From positions 620,001-684,000 of the forward strand of contig CM074819.1 in assembly GCA_037447605.1 (NCBI GenBank): a stretch of 64,000 bases of DNA, in the 5' to 3' direction. The position numbers were made by a program, and so were the translations under genes. This document shows, one piece after another, positions 16,406 to 30,400 of this stretch (position 1 is its first letter; every line of letters begins with the position of its first letter). Under the pieces are notes generated by a model, which saw nothing but the letters and a program-made list of their open reading frames with translations, did not search any database and had not been told where the DNA came from. The DNA comes from Zygnema circumcarinatum SAG 698-1b (taxonomy: Eukaryota > Plantae > Zygnematophyceae).

Positions 16406-18625
16406 ATGGCGAATTTAGGGTCTCCCCGGACACCTCTCACCCCTCGCAGAGTGAGCTTCTCAGGGCGAGCAGACGAGCTTCCGCGCTCGACAAGTGTGGG
16501 ATCTGCAGGCCGGAGCTCGAGTCTCCGCCAGGTCTCATATTCTGATGGCTCTCTCTCTGCGGTTAGCGAGGCAGCAGCGGCGGAGGCGGCCGAATTGGCA
16601 TCAAAAGCAGCGCTAGAAGAGATAGAAAAAGATGAAATTTTTTCCAAGTTTTTGGCGGAGGATTTCAATGCGACAGAGTTTGCAAGTCAGGTGAGTTGAT
16701 GGGAGGTAATGGCAGGGATAGAGGGAACATAAAGAGAGGCAGAAAAGAGAGGAAGAGAGATATTGGGGGAGTGAGCGATTGGCGTAGGAATCGTGGGAGA
16801 AAGGGAGTGAAAGAGAGGAGCAGTTGAAGAGAGAGGGAGGGAGGGAGGGGGCGACGGAAGGCCTAGGAGGCAGTGGGTGATGACTAGGAACATCAAGAGG
16901 AAGCGGGTCAGAGGGAAGAGCGATGGGGGAGATGGCTACAGAAAGAGGAGCAGCGGACGAGAGAGAGCGAGAGGGAGGAGCAGTGGGAGCGGTAGGGTGA
17001 GAGATGGAAGGCGAGGAGCTACAATGCCGTCACCATATTGCAAGTTTAGAAAATCAGCTTTTTGAGTATCCTGCTATGATGACAGCGACTGTGTTTCATG
17101 GTCGCAAGCTCAGCCTATACATGGCCCTCGTCCTATACATTGGGTAGATGCTCAACTTTGCATGCTTATTTCCTAGATTTTGAATAATATCTTTTTGTGT
17201 CTCATGATTTTGCATGATTTTTGAAGGCTTCATGTTTTTGGAGCAATGCAGGCACTTAGTAGTGGCTCTGCGGTAGCGTCTGCTAAAAAACTAAGTGAAG
17301 GAATCGCTCTTTTGGAGCGGCAACTTCGGTCAGAAGTAGTTCTACGGCACGATGAACTTCTTCAGCAGTTGAGCAGTTTACGAGATACAGAAGCTGTCCT
17401 TGCGGTTGTGAGAGCAGGAGTCGACTCTCTACAGGCTTCCGTGCAGGTGGGAAGGATTCACCTAAATAGTAAATATATAGAAGTTGAATGGCTCATGGAT
17501 TGATGTCGTTAGCATAGTGGTAAACTGGTATGTCTAGGAGCAGCATTCATGCTTCACTAATTCTATTCTATAGCGGTTGCATTTACTTACACTTGCACCT
17601 TTAATTTTTCACAGTCATCAATGCTGATAACCACAATGCGCAAATCACTATATTACATGCTCTGTACGTTAGGTAGCTATATCTGTTTTGACACTTTTTT
17701 TTGTCTCCATGGATGGGGCATGTGATGCAGAGAGTGCGTTCAGAGATAGCTGAACCGTACAAACAGATAAAGTCAAAGACACGTCAGCTTGCAGGTCTAC
17801 ATGACACCATGGAGCTTCTCCGTTCCGTTGCCAAAGTCTTGAAACAGGTGATATTATGTCTCCCATATTATCTCGATCCTTACACTTGTACTTCATTCCC
17901 CTCCCACTCTCTCACCCTCACCCCCCATCCCTCTCCCTCCCCCTCCCCCTTACTCTCCTCTCGTCTCATAGAAAAAGTGGTCAATGGGTAAATGGTTCAA
18001 TGGATGCCTTGCAGATTAAGCGATTAAAGGACCACATGGCTGTTGGATCTCAAAAAGTGGAACTTGCAAAAGCAGCCCAACTGTATAGTGAGATTGAAAC
18101 TCTCCGAAAAGAGGCAGATTTGGAGGGAGTGGAAGTTGTGGAGGCGGAGATTGCATGGCTTGCAGAAGTGGGACAGCAAATCAGAACAGAAGCTATGAAG
18201 AGTTTGGAACAGGGAATGGAAGCTTTGAATCAAGCTGAAGTGGGAAGTGTGCTTCAGGTATGTTGTATACCAGTAAATTGACCTATAATATGGGCTTCTG
18301 AAGGGAGGGAGCTGCCTGTTCTATGACAGCAATCTGTTTCTTGTAAATGAAGTTCTGTATGGGAAATTTGCTTATCTCTGCCTCCTTGCATGTGTAGGTC
18401 TATTATAATATGGGAGAACTCCGTAGTACAGTGGACATTCTCCTCAACCGATACAAAGTCCAAGTCACAAAAACAGTGGGAGCAGCTCTCGACATGAAGG
18501 TATCCCCAATCCTTCCTTTTATAACTGTTCCATGCGAATACTCTCCAGACTCTTACGGCAAAAACAAAACCCAAACAACAACTGAAACCACAACTGAAAC
18601 TGAAAACTGAAACTGAAACTGAAAC

Positions 18626-18664
<39 letters not shown>

Positions 18665-21600
18665 AACTGAACTGGAACTGAAACTGAAACTGAAACTGGC
18701 GAAATGCTGCGTTCCATGCAGGCCATTTCAGCCTCTGTTGGTCCTGGAGGTATGGGGGGAGGTCCGGGAGGAATTTCAAGGAGTGGAACTCCTGCTCTTG
18801 GAGGAGCTCATAGAGCTCGAGATGCTCTATGGCAGAGATTGCATACATGTATGGATTCTTTGTATGGAATTCTGCTCGCTACATGGCATCTTCAGCGCGT
18901 TCTAGCAAAGAAAAGGGACCCCATCTCGCATGTGGTTTTTCTCGACGAAGTTGTGCAGGTAAGTAAGTTAGGGAAGAGATTAAGGAGGCTAAGAGTAAAG
19001 ATAGTTTCAAGAGAATGAGGAATTTGAAGATTCGGTAGTGGAGGAGGGAGGGGGTGGGAGAGAGAGAAAGAGGGTTCGAGGAGGAGAAGGGAGAGACGGT
19101 TAGGAGGTTAACCTGCCTTTCCTTTCTGATATTTAAACTTTTAGCATGCAGCTTTCATGCAGTTTCTAGGTCTTCTTATTTTACACTCGATGGGCTATGT
19201 TCTCTCTCTCTCTCTCTCGCTCTCTCTCCCTTTTTTCGTTTTGATCATGCAGGCTGGAGAGCAGATGCCCTGTGAAAAAGTATGGGAAACCTTGGTTCGA
19301 GTTTTTACAAGCCAACTCAAAGCAGCATTCACTGCCAGCAGTTTTGTGAAGGAGACTTTTGTGGGAGGATATCCAAAGCTTTTAGGAGAGGTAGAGGGCC
19401 TGTTAGAGAGGCTGGCGAGAGATACAGAGGTGAAGGGAGTTCAACCAGCAGCTAAACCTGAGGAGAGGGTTCAGCTCATTAAAACACTTGAACCATTTCA
19501 GGTGAGTTTGTGGGCCGTAAATTCTACTAATCAACTTCCTTAAAGAATTCACGAAATTGAACAAAGAATCCTCGAAGGCTTGAAAAGGAAAGTAAAAGTA
19601 GACTCAGCAGTTAATGTGATTAAGTAATGGTAGAAGCACACATTACATTGTGTAGGATAGGTTGCTAGGTTTTTGCCGTGTGGATGAGATATAGAGAGAG
19701 CTGAAGGGAGGAAGGCGGAGGGACGAGTGGGAGGGACAGGGAGAGGGAGGGTGGAGGGAGAGGGAGAAGGTGGAGCGAGGGGAAGAGGGGAACACGAGGG
19801 GAGGAGGGGTCGAGTGACGGAGAGGGAGGGGGAGGGGAACAGGGAGGGGAAGTGGAAGGGGAGAGAGAGGGGAGGGAGGGTGAGTCAGTATGAGACTCCC
19901 TTTAGTCTGCCAAAGCAGAAAACTCCTTGCCTCCTTCCTTCTCCGTCAACTAATTCTCACACTCAAACATTCCATGCGGAAATCTGAACTGACCTTCCAT
20001 AACATACCCCACCCTTACCCAGATTTCTGTTCAACAGTCCCTCAGTTTGGCGGGTTGGGGCGTTCCATGTGGTCCTGCAGTCGGCGTATCTCGGCCAATC
20101 ACTGACGCGCATGACGGATCTGGTCAATGGGCTGCTGCCACCTGGCAGCCGCGGAGCCATCCCTCCTGTAGAAACGGTTGGGAGAGTCGCCGCCCGCCTT
20201 CAGGATGAAGTGGAAGCTGTGAAGGGAGGGGCACAGCTCACATTGCTCGTGTTGAAGGGAGTGGGGAAAGCTTTGCAGCTGTTGGCAGAGAGAGCAGAGT
20301 ATCAGGTATCTTCACAAAGCATCTCTCTTATCTCTTACCTCTCTTATCTCTTATTATCTCTCATCTCTCACTTCACATCTCTCTCTTGCTTGCTCGCTTA
20401 CTCGACCTGCACCTTGCCCCTCCTTCCCTCCTTCCCTCCTCTCCTCTCTCTCCCTCTCTGTTGCGTGCTCGCTTCCTTTCCCGACCTGCACCTCGCCTCT
20501 CCTTCCCTCTCTCCCTGCCCCACCCCAGCCCACCCCGCCCTCCCCCCCCCCCCNNNNNNNNNNCCCCCCCCCCCCTCCTCCCTCGTTTGTTCTCTCCTTT
20601 CACCTGCCTCTCCCACTTCTTACCCTTCAAATCTAACTTCTAGCTTCTCCATTGAAGTGGCTGGTTGCCCTGACATACATGAGGTCTGCTGGAATAAAAA
20701 TATAGAGCCAAGGAAATTGATCAAATAGGAGTAAGAGAATGTGACGAAACTTGAGAAGAAGGTCGATCAAGAGTTCAAACGCTAAGAAAATGTGAAACGA
20801 TCTCTCTCTCTCTCTCTCTCTCCCTCTCTCTCCCTCTCTCTCCCCCTCTCTCTCTCTCACTCTCTCTCTCTCTCTCTCTCTGCCCTCTCTCTCAGGTGAA
20901 TATGAGCCCGGATGCGAGGCAAGTGGCAGGGCCCGCCACAGCAGCCCAACAGCGGAACAGCGCTCTCTGTGTGTTCCTGCAAGAGCTGCATGTTCGTATG
21001 CTCGCTATGCTGCTCTCTCGCCCACCAGAGGGAGAGGAGGCTCTCGCAAGTGGGCTCAAAGCCATTCATGGAGTTGCAGTAAATGCAATCACACCCCTTT
21101 TTACGGTATGTCATATGCTTAACCATTTCTGTTTCTTTTGTAGTTTCATGAGACAGTTTGGAAGAGGAGATTGGAAGAAGAAGCAGTGTGAAGGAGTGAA
21201 AGTGGGAGAGGAGGAGGTGGGAAGAGGCCGGTTGGAGTGAATGATCGGAATTGCCACAGTTCACTTCCCTTTGGGCTCTGCTCCGTACCCCTAGTATGAA
21301 GCAATATCACAGGGCAAGCAGTGAGAGAGAAAGTAGATCGTCTCTCTCTGCTCTCACCGTCTCTCTCCCCCCCTCTGTCTCTCTCCCTCTCCCCCCCCCC
21401 CCCCCNNNNNNNNNNCCCCCCCCCCCCTCCTCCCTCGTTTGTTCTCTCCTTTCACCTGCCTCTCCCACTTCTTACCCTTCAAATCTAACTTCTAGCTTCT
21501 CCATTGAAGTGGCTGGTTGCCCTGACATACATGAGGTCTGCTGGAATAAAAATATAGAGCCAAGGAAATTGATCAAATAGGAGTAAGAGAATGTGACGAA

Positions 21601-23907
21601 ACTTGAGAAGAAGGTCGATCAAGAGTTCAAACGCTAAGAAAATGTGAAACGATCTCTCTCTCTCTCTCTCTCTCCCTCTCTCTCCCTCTCTCTCCCCCTC
21701 TCTCTCTCTCACTCTCTCTCTCTCTCTGCCCTCTCTCTCAGGTGAATATGAGCCCGGATGCGAGGCAAGTGGCAGGGCCCGCCACAGCAGCCCAACAGCG
21801 GAACAGCGCTCTCTGTGTGTTCCTGCAAGAGCTGCATGTTCGTATGCTCGCTATGCTGCTCTCTCGCCCACCAGAGGGAGAGGAGGCTCTCGCAAGTGGG
21901 CTCAAAGCCATTCATGGAGTTGCAGTAAATGCAATCACACCCCTTTTTACGGTATGTCATATGCTTAACCATTTCTGTTTCTTTTGTAGTTTCATGAGAC
22001 AGTTTGGAAGAGGAGATTGGAAGAAGAAGCAGTGTGAAGGAGTGAAAGTGGGAGAGGAGGAGGTGGGAAGAGGCCGGTTGGAGTGAATGATCGGAATTGC
22101 CACAGTTCACTTCCCTTTGGGCTCTGCTCCGTACCCCTAGTATGAAGCAATATCACAGGGCAAGCAGTGAGAGAGAAAGTAGATCGTCTCTCTCTGCTCT
22201 CACCGTCTCTCTCCCCCCCTCTGTCTCTCTCCCTCTCCCCCCCCCCCCCCCTTCTTCATTTGGATTTCCTTGTTTGACAGGCCATGGTAGAACGAATAGA
22301 GTCGTGTCTCCTCCTAATGCATGACGAAAACTTTGGAAGTGAGGAGGCCGGTGAGATTGGAGGAACTTCTTCAAAATATTTGGAGGAGAGCATCCGTTCT
22401 ATGGCCCATTTCCGGGCAGAATTTATTTCAAAACTTTTGCCAACCAACCCCCAAACCGCACCTTCCGCAGCAGCAGCCATGGCTGCTGCGGGAGAGGAAC
22501 CCATTTCCACAGGCCTTACAAGAAGGTATTAAACTTAAGAACACCCTAAAAATTCAAACTTCTTCACCTTCCTGTGTATCTCGAAACCTCACGTCTCTAC
22601 ATTACATCTACCGCTCCCTCACTACATTGAATCGCTGAAATCGATGTCTCCCCATCCTTTGCCTTCACTCTCTTTCTCCCTTCACATGCCTCGATTCCCA
22701 TACGAGTTAATGCTAAATTGCTGTTATTCTACTTTCTCTCTCTTTCTCTCCTCTCCTGCATCTCCCTATTCTCTCCCAAAGGATGGCATCGAGAGTGCTC
22801 CTTTTCTTCGTACGACATGCGGCTCTTGTAAGGCCTCTCTCAGAGGCTGGAAAACTCCAAATGGCGAGAGATATGGGAGAACTTGAATTTGCAGTTGGTC
22901 AAAATTTGTTCCCTGTTGAGCAGCTTGGAGCTCCCTATAGAGCACTCAGAGCATTCCGGCCCCTTCTGTTTCTTGAAACGACCCAAATACCAAGCAGCTC
23001 TCTTTTGCAGGTGAGTTTGACGTTGCCTCATAATGTTGCTACGGAGGGAGAGGGGTCCTTGGCCTTGCAAGTGGAGTCGTGGGAGGGTGGGAGGGTGGGA
23101 GTGGAAGGAAGGAGAATGTTGGAGGGGGGAAGTAGAGACGTCAAGGGATGGAGAGTGGGAGAGGATGGTGGGTTTGCTGGTGTTTTTCTCTTCGAGAGGA
23201 GGGAGTGGAGAAGAGATGAAGGAGGAGAAAAATTAAGAGAGGAGAGAACTCGATAGATTTCCCTCTATTTTGAATGGATGAAAGATGCCAGGCAGGCTAA
23301 ACTTACTCTTTCCCCCCCACCCCCCTCTTTCTCGTTCCTCCCATTCTCTCCCTTCAATCCCCCTCCCTCTCTTCCCCTCGCTCGCCCCTCTTCCTTGCTC
23401 TCCTTCCCCTCACCCTCCTTTCTCTCCCTGTCTCTGCCCTTTCTCTACCCATCTCTGCCCCCGCCTCCCTCACCCTCCCTCTCTCGCCCCCCTCTCTTTC
23501 TCCTTCCTCTCTCTCTCTCTCCCGTCTCCCTTTTTCTCTCTCGTCCCCCCTATCTGTCCCACCCTCTCCCCCCTCTCCCTCTCCCCCCCCTCCCATTCTC
23601 CCCCTCCTTTCTGCTCTTCCAGGATATCCCTCCCAGTGCCGTCATCCACCACCTCTTCTCCCGTGCCCCTCCGGACTTAGAATCTCCTATGCAGCGCAAT
23701 CAGCTCACTCCCGCACGCTTCTCCCTTTGGCTTGACCGCCACTCGGAGGAGGACGCGTGGAAGGAGGTCAAGGGCAGTCTTGAGGCCTATGTGCAGAAAG
23801 TCAGGTCCCGAGGAGATAAGGAATTTTCGCCCATTTATCCGCTCATGCTGAAGTTAGGGCAGACACTATTGGAGAGTGCGTCGGGGAATGATCGAAAAGG
23901 GGGGTGA
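16406..23907 (+). CDS. COG5: Conserved oligomeric Golgi complex subunit 5
   Basis: Exons encode FLAEDFNATEFASQ, ALSSGSAVASAKKLSEGIALLERQLRSEV, DALWQRLHTCMD...WHLQRVLAKKRDP, FVGGYPKLL, YLGQSLTRMTDLVN, LQMARDMGELEFAVGQNLFPVEQLGAPYRALRAFRP and VRSRGDKEFSPIYPLML. One exon appears twice (20896-21105 and 21742-21951), probably by assembly duplication. Confidence 0.93.
18582..18698. repeat. Hexamer tandem repeat (GAAACT/GAAAGT)n in a COG5 intron
   Basis: Directly visible run of actgaa and agtgaa units ending just before the acceptor near 18722. Confidence 0.9.
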
Positions 23908-24287
23908 TGGGGTTAATGGGATTTTTGATGAATGAGGTTTAGGGGAGGCAACGAGGGATTTGAAAGGGGTGCGGAAATTGGGGAAGGGGACAAGTTAGGG
24001 TTGTGGCTCATTAGGAGAAAAGGTTCAGAGGGTTCAGGGGAGGGATTAGAGGATGGTTCAGTAGGGAGGTTCTTAGGATTAGAGGGGGTTCCGACGTGGC
24101 TTTGAAGGTCGGCGCTGCTTCCGCCAGTGACTGAGAGCTTCGCAATTTTGAGTTCATTTTTCTCCTTTGTCTTTGCTTGAGGCAGGTTTGAAGAAGGAGA
24201 AGGGGGGGTGGGGGTAGTTGCACACCTAAAAAACCCTAAACCTCTAAAGCCCTAAAGCCTTAAAGCCCTAAGACCGTATACCCTAAA

Positions 24288-24399
24288 ACCGTTCACCGTT
24301 CACCGTTCACCGTTCAACGTTCACTGTTCAACGTTCACCGTTCAACGTTCACTGTTCAACGTTCACCGTTCAACGTTCACTGTTCAACGTTCTCCGTTC
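24288..24399. repeat. Heptamer tandem repeat A(C/A)(C/T)GTTC x16 with a 28-bp higher-order period
   Basis: Units accgttc, aacgttc and actgttc; preceded by telomere-like ccctaaa variants at 24232-24287. Confidence 0.9.
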
Positions 24400-25145
24400 A
24401 TCGTATCTAGCGTGGATCACACTAAACACGCACCCACACTACTTGATGTATGGCATTGGCATAAATAGTATGGGCTGCAGGATTTATGCCATTCTTAAGT
24501 AATGCGCGTCTTTAGGGTTACGTCATCTGCATTTCAATATGCAGTTATTCCCACAAAAAGCGGGCAAATTATGCAGAACCATGCGTCCATACCATACCAT
24601 CCATGTATGATTCTGTTTTGGAAAGAATTGTAGCAAGCTTATGTGAATGGTTTGTTAGCATCTGTATCACGGAAATGAGATCGGAAGGGGTACTAAAAAG
24701 ATGAGAAATGTGCAGATTTGGTGTACACTAACAGAACGAACTCGGTTTAAAGCGCCAAACTTGCTCCGGGGCTCGAAACTTGGTTTCATGCTCTTGACTT
24801 CCTATTCGCCACTTGTAACTTGTCACCAACTTATACTATCGATAACCAACCCACCCAGAAAACTATTTTAAAAAGAAAACGACATCAGAAGACTTGCCCT
24901 TTGCTTTATTCTCTGTACCAAATCAAACAGGTGATACAGATCTTCACGCCTTAGTAACTCGAGATCTCTGACATTCATAGAAGCCGGCAGGTCCATCAGG
25001 AGGGCAACCAATCTCGCCCTCTCTCATAATGTCCTCCCAACCCCCTCCAAATCTCTTCACCCTTTCTTCCCTCTCTCGTGTCTTGCAGATAAGTATTTTC
25101 TGCCTCTACGGATCAAAAGTTTAATGCCAGTCCCGACCCTTCCCT

Positions 25146-28100
25146 TCATCCAAAGGTAGCCCGAGCTGCCCTCCTTCCGTGCTTATCATATGCGACATTG
25201 AATTTATCGACGAGTTCATTAATCGCACTGCACCCGGGAAACAAGAGAAAGATTCATTAAGATTTTCTTCCCTCCCCCCCCTGACTCTCCTCCTCTACGT
25301 TTCTCTCGCTCTCAGTGACTGTACAATCCACTATTTTGGGTAGGGCTTGTTATGGAAGACCTGATGAGACTATGCAATACAGGCCTTTCAAAGGGTGCCA
25401 GCTTCACGCACACTCTCTTCCCTCTTTCACAATTCCTCTGTCCTTTAAACATTCCCTGTCCTCTGTCCGTCCTTTCTGTTGCTCTCCTTTTCTCTCTTTC
25501 CTACAGTAACATGTTCCACACCTCCATTTGTCCCTTTCTCTCTCTAACTCTCTCTCTCTCAGTGTTCCTCCCTCCGCTTCTCCTTCTCTTGCCTCATTTC
25601 CCTCCCTCAGTTTTCTTTGTTCCTCTCGTCCTTCCTTCTCCTTCGTGACAGGAAAGGAGGGGGAGGGAGGGACGGAGGGAGGGAGGGAGTGGGGGAAAGG
25701 TGGGGGGGAGAGAGGGGGAGAGAGAGTAGGAGGGGACGAGATGGCAAAGTACCTGGTGCCCTTCATGACGCTTGCCATGTAAGTCATGAGCAAAGTATCG
25801 TTGTACTCCTGAACCAAAAACAATAACAAAGCCATTTTCAACAGACCCCTCTCACTCCTGCAGGAATTCTTCTGCAACAGACCTCCCCTGACCGAAGAAA
25901 CTTAAACCAAAAGGAGATGCTCTACAGCCTCCTTCAAAGCTCAACTTGAGCAAATTAGTAGAGAGGTCCAGCACATCAATGATCGAAAATATTGCTAACA
26001 TGCAAGAAAGTCTTTCTGTTCAGATAAGGAAAATTGCAGTCAGGAACTGTAACTCACCATCAAAAACTCCTCTTGGAATTTTGGGGAATCGATTGCAGGA
26101 AGTCGTCGTACAAGACTTGAAACCTGCCGGAGAAGCGAATGTTCATATGGAAGCTCACCTGCAAGCAGAGTTGAGAAACATAAAGTGTACAGTGATGAAA
26201 ACATTAGGAAAAAACCATAAATAATTAGGGCGAGTGCAAACGGGCAACAAATACCAAGCAGGAACAGATCCGATTTTACAGTGTGTTGGTTTTGGTATAC
26301 GAAATCATGTACTACATGAAAAATTACAGAGCATGCAACAAAGCGCTTTACTGCTTTGCCTCCCATATTCAAAAAAGCGACTGAAAATGTAGATCAAGGT
26401 GGTAAGTCATCAAATCAGAATAAACCTTTTTGCATGTTGACGAGAAGGTTTCGTAGAACTTTAATTCTGCCACTGAGCATCTTAATGGCGTTGTGCATTC
26501 CCGTCAAGTGCGCAGCCACTGCACAAAACCGCTGACAATTTGTTAAGGGAAAGCAGAACAAGAAAAGCTGAGTAACAAAGTAAGAGAAACGAGAAATGTA
26601 GGTAAGAATTTCATTGTGTAAGAAGGCTCCAGAAAGTAATCTTTTCAAGGAATGGGAAAATTTTGAAGGCTATGTGCACATTGCCCGAAATCAATAAAAT
26701 GAATGTACGATAAAGTTCACATGACTCCTCGCATACAAATGCATCCAAACGCTTCACATATAGGAATGGTTTTCTTATCATGATGATGATGCATCTCGTC
26801 AATCGAACACAGCAAAAAAACAATTCTAGAAAGAGATGACAACAATAGAGAAGACATCGATTCTTATAACAAGAAAACTTCAACAAAGAAACGGCACCTA
26901 CGTTGAGTAGCTGCAGAACTCCCATCCGATGGCTTGATGTGCGCAACATGGTCTACTGATATGCGTTCAGCTTCCACGGTCTGGGCAGGCCCATTCAAAC
27001 ATAAAGTTCAGAAAGCCAAGAACAAATAATTTCTCACAGTCAAACAGCCAAAGTCGAAAACAAAAGGGGAGCCATACAGTCGTAAAAGATACTGAGCAGC
27101 GATCCGCTTAGAATTACTTTTTAAGTTCTCATCAGAAAAAACAAAAAAGAATCAGAATCGCTTGCCTGATCTCATTTCCGCACATCGTCAATATTTTGTT
27201 GTTTTCAATCGTTTCAAGCAAACCTGATGCTAGGTATCATTTCAGCAAAAGCAAGTACGTCTCACCTCAATAGTGTAACTGGAGCTCACAAAAATAAGGG
27301 AAGGGACTCCATCGATGACATGCAGTTCTGCGAAAAAGTTAACCACATTCACCGACAGCCCCTTCAAGAAGAGGACGAGCCAATAGTCAGCAAGGTCGAA
27401 GCCAACAGCAAGAAATACTAGTTGTGCCTCCTACACATGAACATTTGATCACATTTGCCAAGTTCGGAAAACGCCGAACAGGAGCAAAGCTACAAAACAG
27501 CACACAAGCTTTGCAGCTTCAGCAGTGACTTGCAAAATCGCCAATTCCTATCCAAATGTGCAGAGCTAGAAATGTAAGAACTAACTTTACGGATGTTGGG
27601 TCATATCTCTTGCAGAGGTTCCATTCCTTGACAGGATACAAAGCTGCCCGCGACAAGAATGTTCATGTTTCCCCAAAAAAATGTTGCAGATAATGCAATA
27701 AAGCTGCAGTCTGCGCTGGGAAGGGGATACTAGATAGTGCACAACTTGCAAACCCTAATTCCAAGCTATGTTGCAGAAAAAGCAAACACATAGAGGGAGG
27801 TTGTGTTTCAGCACTGTTTGGGACTGTTGGCATCTGCTTGCAGTATGGACGTAAGCTGGAAGAAATATTTGTATGGTTACAAGGGCTGAAAAAAGTGATT
27901 ACCGCTTTCATAAATCGTTATTGGGAGGTCCTTGCCGGCAGGATTAATGGCTGGATTGAGAAGGACATAGATAGGGCTTTCATTTATTTCCATCAGCTGC
28001 ACCCGTCAACATACATGATTTCACCATAAGAAATGGAAATGCTTACAAACCAGAAACTAAATAACAAGAAATTGTGTCATTTATCCACATTCAGCAAATA

Positions 28101-29006
28101 GGTGAGGTGAAATCATATGAGAATAAGCGGAATTCAACAGCAAGACTGAAGGAAAAGAAAAAAGTGGATAGATTGCGAGTTCAGAAACGAATTGAAACTG
28201 AACATGCGCTAAACATTTGACTTCATAGCAATCAGAAAGAGGGTCACTCACAGCCTTATGAATATGCATATCCGAGTCCTGTACATCGTTTCCAGTGGAA
28301 TACCAGCCGAGAATGTCGTATTTCGGAAAAACCTTCTTATCTGCAAACAGCAGAAAACCAAAAAAATCCGTTAGCCCCGACCTAGTGCGACGGCATCTGG
28401 CAGACAGTCGCCAACTGGCAAGAACAAAGCGCGAGAGCGAGAGATAGAGAGGGAGAGAGCAAAAGAGAAACAGATACAGAAAGAGAGAGAAAGTGAGCGA
28501 GAAACAGATAACAGGGAGAGAGGGAGAGCGAAAGAAACTGTATGCCTAATTTTTCCTTTCAGATTGCAACATCCGCAGAACAATCCGCCTTTTGGGATTA
28601 AGATGCATAAGCAGGAGACGGAAGAAATCAAGGAAGCAGAACACAGAATCAAAGAAGCAATACCTTGATCAACAATGCAAACAAGTAAGGAGGCATAAAT
28701 CTCACATTGTTCGATTTTGGTATCAAGAAATACTCTGTCGATGATAATTTCTCCTGCAGCATATGGCGCTGCAGATGTGCTTGCCTCCAGTTCCCCCCCC
28801 TCTGTACTCATAGCGTCCTTGAATCCATACTTCAGCTCAAAAGAATTGAAAACTTCCACCGTTCGCCCTGACTGAATGCCCAGCACGCATCCTAAAACGC
28901 GCTGCGCGGCGCCATTTCTCTGCGCTTTGATGCGAGTGTGGTGATCAGATATGTTCAAAATCACCAAGGGATGCAGCTTGAATGTCAGGCCGCTGGCTGA
29001 AGACAT
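25146..29006 (-). CDS. CSN6: COP9 signalosome subunit 6 (MPN- domain)
   Basis: Exons encode TFKLHPLVILNISDHHTR...VLGCVLGIQSGRTVEVFNSFEL, YKKVFPKYDILGWYSTG, LMEINESPIYVLLNP, ELHVIDGVPSLIFVSSSYTIE|TVEAERISVDHVA, HLTGMHNAIKML, EYNDTLLMTYMA and AINELVDKFNVAYDK. Stop at 25146. Confidence 0.95.
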
Positions 29007-30400
29007 GTGGAACGTGTTTCTTGCAAACAATGCAAAATATTAACACTAAAAATGATGTTTAAGACAAGGCCTGTGACAGAATTGTCAGAAAAGTCGATGC
29101 TGGATGATCTCCAAGAAGAGCTGCAAAAAAAATTTGTAGGTCTCAATTGCAGAAGGTAGCGGTACCTGTAACACAGAACAGGTTGAGAAAAAAAACGTCC
29201 ACCAACATCGCAATATTCAATAGGGGGAGGTATTTGCGACATTGCAATGTATCTCGATACCAGTTTATTCGTTGCGATACAGTATTGGGCCTGCAGTATC
29301 ACAGTATTGCGATACACATATCGGTAACACGATATATCGCCATACCGGTTTTTGTTCCATTATTGGGGTCGATACTGTTGGAAGGAGCCCTCACAGGTCA
29401 GACCATTGCAGGTCTAAAAGGAGAAAATGAAGTCATGTGCGAAATCCATGGCTGCCAAATGTATGATTCGTGACTGTGAAGTTGATGTCTTTGACAGCAG
29501 AACTCTGTGAAGATAACATATCTGAAAAAGAAATACTTTTTTTGTATAAATTTACTAAATGCTTGCATTTTCGAAAGCAGCTGCTTGCAAAGCCGAGAGT
29601 GGTTTTTTCGTGACGAGAGATGCTCAAAATAGCAGGCTCCCAAGATACTTTCAGAAAAAGACCACCTTTTCTTGATGTTTTCTCCTTCAAGCGCAGGGAA
29701 GACGACTGGAAGGATGTAGGACTTCGAGATGAGATATAACACAACACTGTGAATTAACGAGGATTGAAAATTAGAGATATGTGTTGCAGAGCCCTCGAGC
29801 ACAAACACTTGAAACTGCAATTCTGCCACCGCTGTCATAACCTGTAAAATGCCTTGAACAAAAGGGAGATGTGGCATTGAACAATGTTTTTGATTGTTGC
29901 TAGGAATAGCAACAATCAAAAAGATAAAACGCATAGCCCTTTGGACTATGGTAATTTCCAGAAATCCAAATGCACAGATATAGAGTCCGCTTTTCAGGTA
30001 TTAGTTAACATTCACCCAAAAGATCTTTTTCCATGAAAGCATGCGCGGCCTACCTGCAATTTTTTTTCATTCTTTACAGCAGAATCAGCGGCCTGCACAT
30101 CTCAAAGAACGGGCAGAGAAGAAGGGCCACCTCGCTGCTGCGGGCAGAGAAGGCAGCCGAAAAAATGAAAGCGTGAAACAAGTGCAGAATGAAGCTCTAA
30201 AGAATGAATGGACATGTGCTTAGGCTTGCATGCACTCCTGCATTCAAGAAAACGAAAGTTACGGAAGATTCACGCCAAAGCGGAGTGTAGCTAGTATTGG
30301 ACTTTCCGTGCTCGTCCTGACTACTGCAGCATGACTATCGCCATATATTCTTCGCTTGCTGCCGAGAGACTCATCGAACTATGATGCACCTCTCTGCGAC

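Noticed and set aside
20564-22251. Tandem duplication of about 840 bp containing a symmetric 210-nt COG5 exon (possible duplicated or mutually exclusive exon)
   Set aside because: The copies (20564-21405 and 21416-about 22251) look identical except for a 6-bp (TC)n length difference, and each begins at a 10-N gap in a poly-C run. This is typical of contig-overlap or haplotype scaffolding artefacts. Read depth or long reads would settle it.
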